From: Candidatus Eiseniibacteriota bacterium
GTDB lineage: Bacteria; Eisenbacteria; RBG-16-71-46
DNA length: 64,000 nt
Direction of reading: 5' to 3'
NCBI GenBank assembly: GCA_963776245.1
Contig: CAVZLN010000003.1
Coordinates: 896,001 to 960,000, forward strand
Below, in pieces: positions 61,395 to 64,000 of this stretch; position 1 is the stretch's first letter, and every line of letters begins with the position of its first letter. The translations under genes were made by a program, and so were the position numbers. The notes below the pieces were generated by a model. The model had not been told where the DNA came from. It searched no databases and saw only the letters and a program-made list of their open reading frames with translations.

Positions 61395-62021
61395 ATGCTC
61401 CTCGATCCGCGGACGATCTCGCCCGGCGCGATGTACCAGTTCATGATCGGCGTCATCGTGCCGCGGCCGATCGCGTTCATCTCCACGCGCGCCGCCGACG
61501 GGCGGCTGAACCTGGCGCCGTTCTCGTACTTCGTCCCGCTCACCAACCGCCCGCCGCTGGTGGGGGTGTCGATCCAGGAGCGCGCGGGCGTGCTCAAGGA
61601 CACCGCGCGCAACATCGAGGCCACCGGCGAGTTCGTCATCAACGTGGTGACCGAGCCGATGGCCGAGGGGATGGTGCTCGCCTCGGGCGACTGGCCGGCC
61701 CACGTGGACGAGTTCGCGCTCGCGGGCTTCACCGCGGCCGCCAGCGAGCGCGTGCGCCCGCCGCGCGTGGCGGAGTCGCCGGTGAGCCTCGAATGCCGCC
61801 TGCACCAGGTGATCGGGTTCGGGGTCGCGCGCTTCATCGTGGGCGAGGTGGTGCTCGCGCACGTGAAGGACGAGGTGCTGGACACCGGGGGCCGTGTGGA
61901 CCCGGCGAAGCTCGCCGCGGTCGGGCGGCTGGGCGGCGACGCCTACGCCCCGCTGCGCGACATCGTGCACATCGCACGCCCGGCCGCGGGCGCGATTGCG
62001 AAAGGAAGCGCCGAAGGGTGA
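61395..62021 (+). CDS. Flavin reductase family protein
   Basis: VPRPIAFIST, NLAPFS, KDTARNI..TGEFVINV, GRLGG. Confidence 0.92.
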   Translation: MLLDPRTISPGAMYQFMIGVIVPRPIAFISTRAADGRLNLAPFSYFVPLTNRPPLVGVSIQERAGVLKDTARNIEATGEFVINVVTEPMAEGMVLASGDWPAHVDEFALAGFTAAASERVRPPRVAESPVSLECRLHQVIGFGVARFIVGEVVLAHVKDEVLDTGGRVDPAKLAAVGRLGGDAYAPLRDIVHIARPAAGAIAKGSAEG

Positions 62022-62260
62022 GCGCCGGGCGCGCCGGCGCGCCACCCCCCGCGCCCGCTGGGGCAACGGCCCGGCCGACTTGCCCTTCAGCGGGCCCGGC
62101 GCCGAGGGGGCGGCGGGGCCGGCTGGCGCGGCCCCTGCTCATGATCCGCGGGTCGGCGGACGATGATGTCCAGCAGGATGCACCGCCCGGGGCCCACGGA
62201 TCGGCCCCGGCGCTTTCCCGGCCGATCGCTCCCTTGTGCCTTACCCTGAGGAGGCTACTG

Positions 62261-62884
62261 ATGAAGCGCTTCGCAGTCGTCGTGCTCGTGCTCTCGCTCG
62301 CGCTGCTGGCCACCGGCCAGGCGCGCGCGGCGGGGCCGCTGGAGTTCGGCATCAAGGCCGGACTTACCTCGTCCACGTTCACCGGGGCCGTCAGCCAGGC
62401 CAACGACCTGCAGTCCAACTCGGACATCACGGGCGGCGTCATGCTGGCTGTTTCGATCCCGATGATGCCGGTCGCGCTGCAGGGCGAGGCGCTGTTCGTC
62501 ACCAAGGGCGCCGACATCCCGCGCGCGCTGGGCAAGGACATGGTCCGCTTCCGCGACATCGAGTTCCCGGTGCTGGCGCGCGTCAGCCTGCCGGTGGCGA
62601 TGCCGGTCAAGCCGTTCGTGGTCGCCGGTCCGTCGTTCGCGTACAACATCGACGCCACCATCGATCCCGCCGATCCGGCGCTGCCGAAGACCGACCTGCA
62701 GAACGTGCGCAAGCTCGACACCGGGTTCGCCGTCGGCGCGGGCGCGCGGTTCTCGCTCGCCGGTTTCGGCGCGACGCTCGAGGGGCGCTACAATTCCTCG
62801 TTCTCCGACGTCCAGAACGACGCGAACAGCGCCCTTCCGGGCAAGAACGCCGTGTACACGTTCATGGTCGGGGTGGTGTTCTAG
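62261..62884 (+). CDS. Porin family / PorT-like outer-membrane beta-barrel
   Basis: GAGGAGG RBS, signal peptide, FGIKAGL, QGEALFVTKG, IEFPVLAR, GPS, EGRY, terminal VGVVF. Confidence 0.82.
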   Translation: MKRFAVVVLVLSLALLATGQARAAGPLEFGIKAGLTSSTFTGAVSQANDLQSNSDITGGVMLAVSIPMMPVALQGEALFVTKGADIPRALGKDMVRFRDIEFPVLARVSLPVAMPVKPFVVAGPSFAYNIDATIDPADPALPKTDLQNVRKLDTGFAVGAGARFSLAGFGATLEGRYNSSFSDVQNDANSALPGKNAVYTFMVGVVF

Positions 62885-62915
62885 TCCCCACCGCTCCCGA
62901 TCCCGCCGCAGAGCT

Positions 62916-62950
62916 CCACGGCCCGCTCGCATCCGCGACGCGGGCCGTGG
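62916..62950 (+). terminator. GC-rich hairpin downstream of the porin gene
   Basis: CCACGGCCCGC-TCGC-atcc-GCGA-c-GCGGGCCGTGG; no U-tract. Confidence 0.4.
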
Positions 62951-62970
62951 CCGATCCGGGTGGATCCGAC

Positions 62971-63327
62971 ATGGGAGAAGTCCGGCGCATCCCGGTGCGC
63001 ACCGAGGCCGAGCGGTGGACGCTCACGCAGCGCAACCTGTCGCTGTGGGACGTGCTCGACTTCTTCCCGGAGGACGCCGTGGGCCCGCGCGGCCCCGGGG
63101 ACGCGCCGCGCCCGTACGCGGTGAGGCCGGTGACCGTCGAGACCGACCTCGGCTTCGAGTTCGAGACCGACATCCAGTTCGGCACCTGGATGTTCCGCCC
63201 GCGGTCGCCGAAGGAGCCCGGCATGATGCGATGGTGCCGCGAAGTCGGCATGGCGGTGGGCGACTCGATCGTCTTCGAGAGGACCGGCGAGCGGCGCTAC
63301 CGGCTGCGGCTCGAGAAGGGCGGCTGA
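62971..63327 (+). CDS. Hypothetical 118-aa protein, possible DNA-binding pseudobarrel (B3/EcoRII-N-like)
   Basis: GC-biased codon usage; DFFPEDAVG, FETDI, W......VGD.IVFER.G...YRL pattern. Confidence 0.6.
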   Translation: MGEVRRIPVRTEAERWTLTQRNLSLWDVLDFFPEDAVGPRGPGDAPRPYAVRPVTVETDLGFEFETDIQFGTWMFRPRSPKEPGMMRWCREVGMAVGDSIVFERTGERRYRLRLEKGG

Positions 63328-63397
63328 GGGAGCGCGGGTCCGGGCCCGGACGCCGCGCGGGCCCGCCCGCTCCGCCGGTTCGACCTCGCCGCCCGGG

Positions 63398-63619
63398 CTA
63401 CGCGGGGATCCGTTCCAGCAGCTCGCTCAACTCGGGAAAACGACCGAGTTCCTTCTTCGAGAAGATGAGCGTTCCATCGAGCGTGACCTCGAACACGCCG
63501 CCGCTGCCCTTCACCAGCCCGACCTCCACCTCACGGGACTTCCTCAGCTCGGCCGCCAGACCGACGGCCCGGGGCAGATACCCTCACTGCCCGCAGTAGG
63601 TGATCTCGACCTTCTTCAT
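63398..63619 (-). CDS. SelT/SelW/SelH (Rdx family) selenoprotein with UGA-Sec at 63584-63586
   Basis: GGAGGAG RBS. Reading through TGA gives MKKVEITYCGQUGYLPRAVGLAAELRKSREVEVGLVKGSGGVFEVTLDGTLIFSKKELGRFPELSELLERIPA*. Confidence 0.92.
63551..63569 (-). promoter_or_regulatory. Bacterial SECIS element
   Basis: GGCCGUC-GGUCU-GGCGGCC stem-loop at +15 to +33 after the UGA. Confidence 0.75.
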
Positions 63620-63749
63620 GGCTCCTCCCACGATCCGGTGACGCGCACGCGACCGCGCCGAATGTAGCGGAACGGCGGGCCGCGCGGCCAGCCGCGCCGG
63701 CGGCGGGCCTTGACCGCGGCGCGCCGGCCGGGGCAAGGTGCGAGTCGAG

Positions 63750-64000
63750 ATGTCCACCCGCACCCCATCGGTCGAGGAGCGCCTGCGACGCGCGCTCGGC
63801 GACGCGCTCCGCACGCGCGAGCCGCTGCGCCATCACACCACGTTCCGCATCGGCGGACCGGCCGACTACTTCTTCGAGGCGCGCACGCCGGGCCAGTTGG
63901 CGGCCGCGCTGGGGGCGGCGCACCAGGCGAACCTGCCGTGCTTCCTGCTCGGCGGCGGCAGCAACCTGCTGGTCTCGGACGAGGGCTACCGCGGGCTGGT
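63750..64000 (+). CDS. murB: UDP-N-acetylenolpyruvoylglucosamine reductase (5' part; runs off the window)
   Basis: EPLRHHTTFRIGGPADYF, LLGGGSNLLVSDEGYRGL. Confidence 0.93.
   Translation, partial: MSTRTPSVEERLRRALGDALRTREPLRHHTTFRIGGPADYFFEARTPGQLAAALGAAHQANLPCFLLGGGSNLLVSDEGYRGL

Noticed and set aside
63584..63586. TGA read as Trp/Gly under an alternative genetic code
   Set aside because: TGA is the normal stop of many genes here (e.g. 615, 4871, 23389). Read-through is specific to the CxxU site that has a SECIS.

Overview
Very GC-rich, gene-dense bacterial chromosomal window with about 50 CDSs. I found no rRNA, tRNA, CRISPR array, transposase or phage genes. The secreted proteins carry FlgD/T9SS-like C-terminal domains or a 'SWGRIKTLFR' tail, and there is a GWxTD-like protein and several GT-C glycosyltransferases. 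By inference this suggests an FCB-related candidate phylum such as Ca. Eisenbacteria. Content: a methionine gamma-lyase-like enzyme; three tandem GT-C genes; large secreted multidomain proteins; glcD/glcE; an ABC exporter with an EEP hydrolase; oligopeptidase B; an AAA+/vWA pair; mtnA with a class II aldolase; a TatT-DctP-DctQM TRAP transporter; pepT, acs, an M16 peptidase, pfkA, AbgT and add; a divergent transketolase-like protein; and the start of murB. Best observations not shown by the ORF track: (1) a SelW/Rdx selenoprotein (CxxU, in-frame UGA) with an fdhF-like SECIS hairpin at 63398-63619(-); (2) a REP/BIME-like intergenic element at about 15180-15385 whose substitutions keep pairing on the minus strand; (3) two kinds of candidate C-terminal sorting signal on secreted proteins; (4) a sigma54-type promoter ahead of a 936-aa secreted glycan-active protein. 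Six genes are frameshifted in local patches, most likely from long-read consensus errors. All family assignments come from motif recognition only; no database searches were run.
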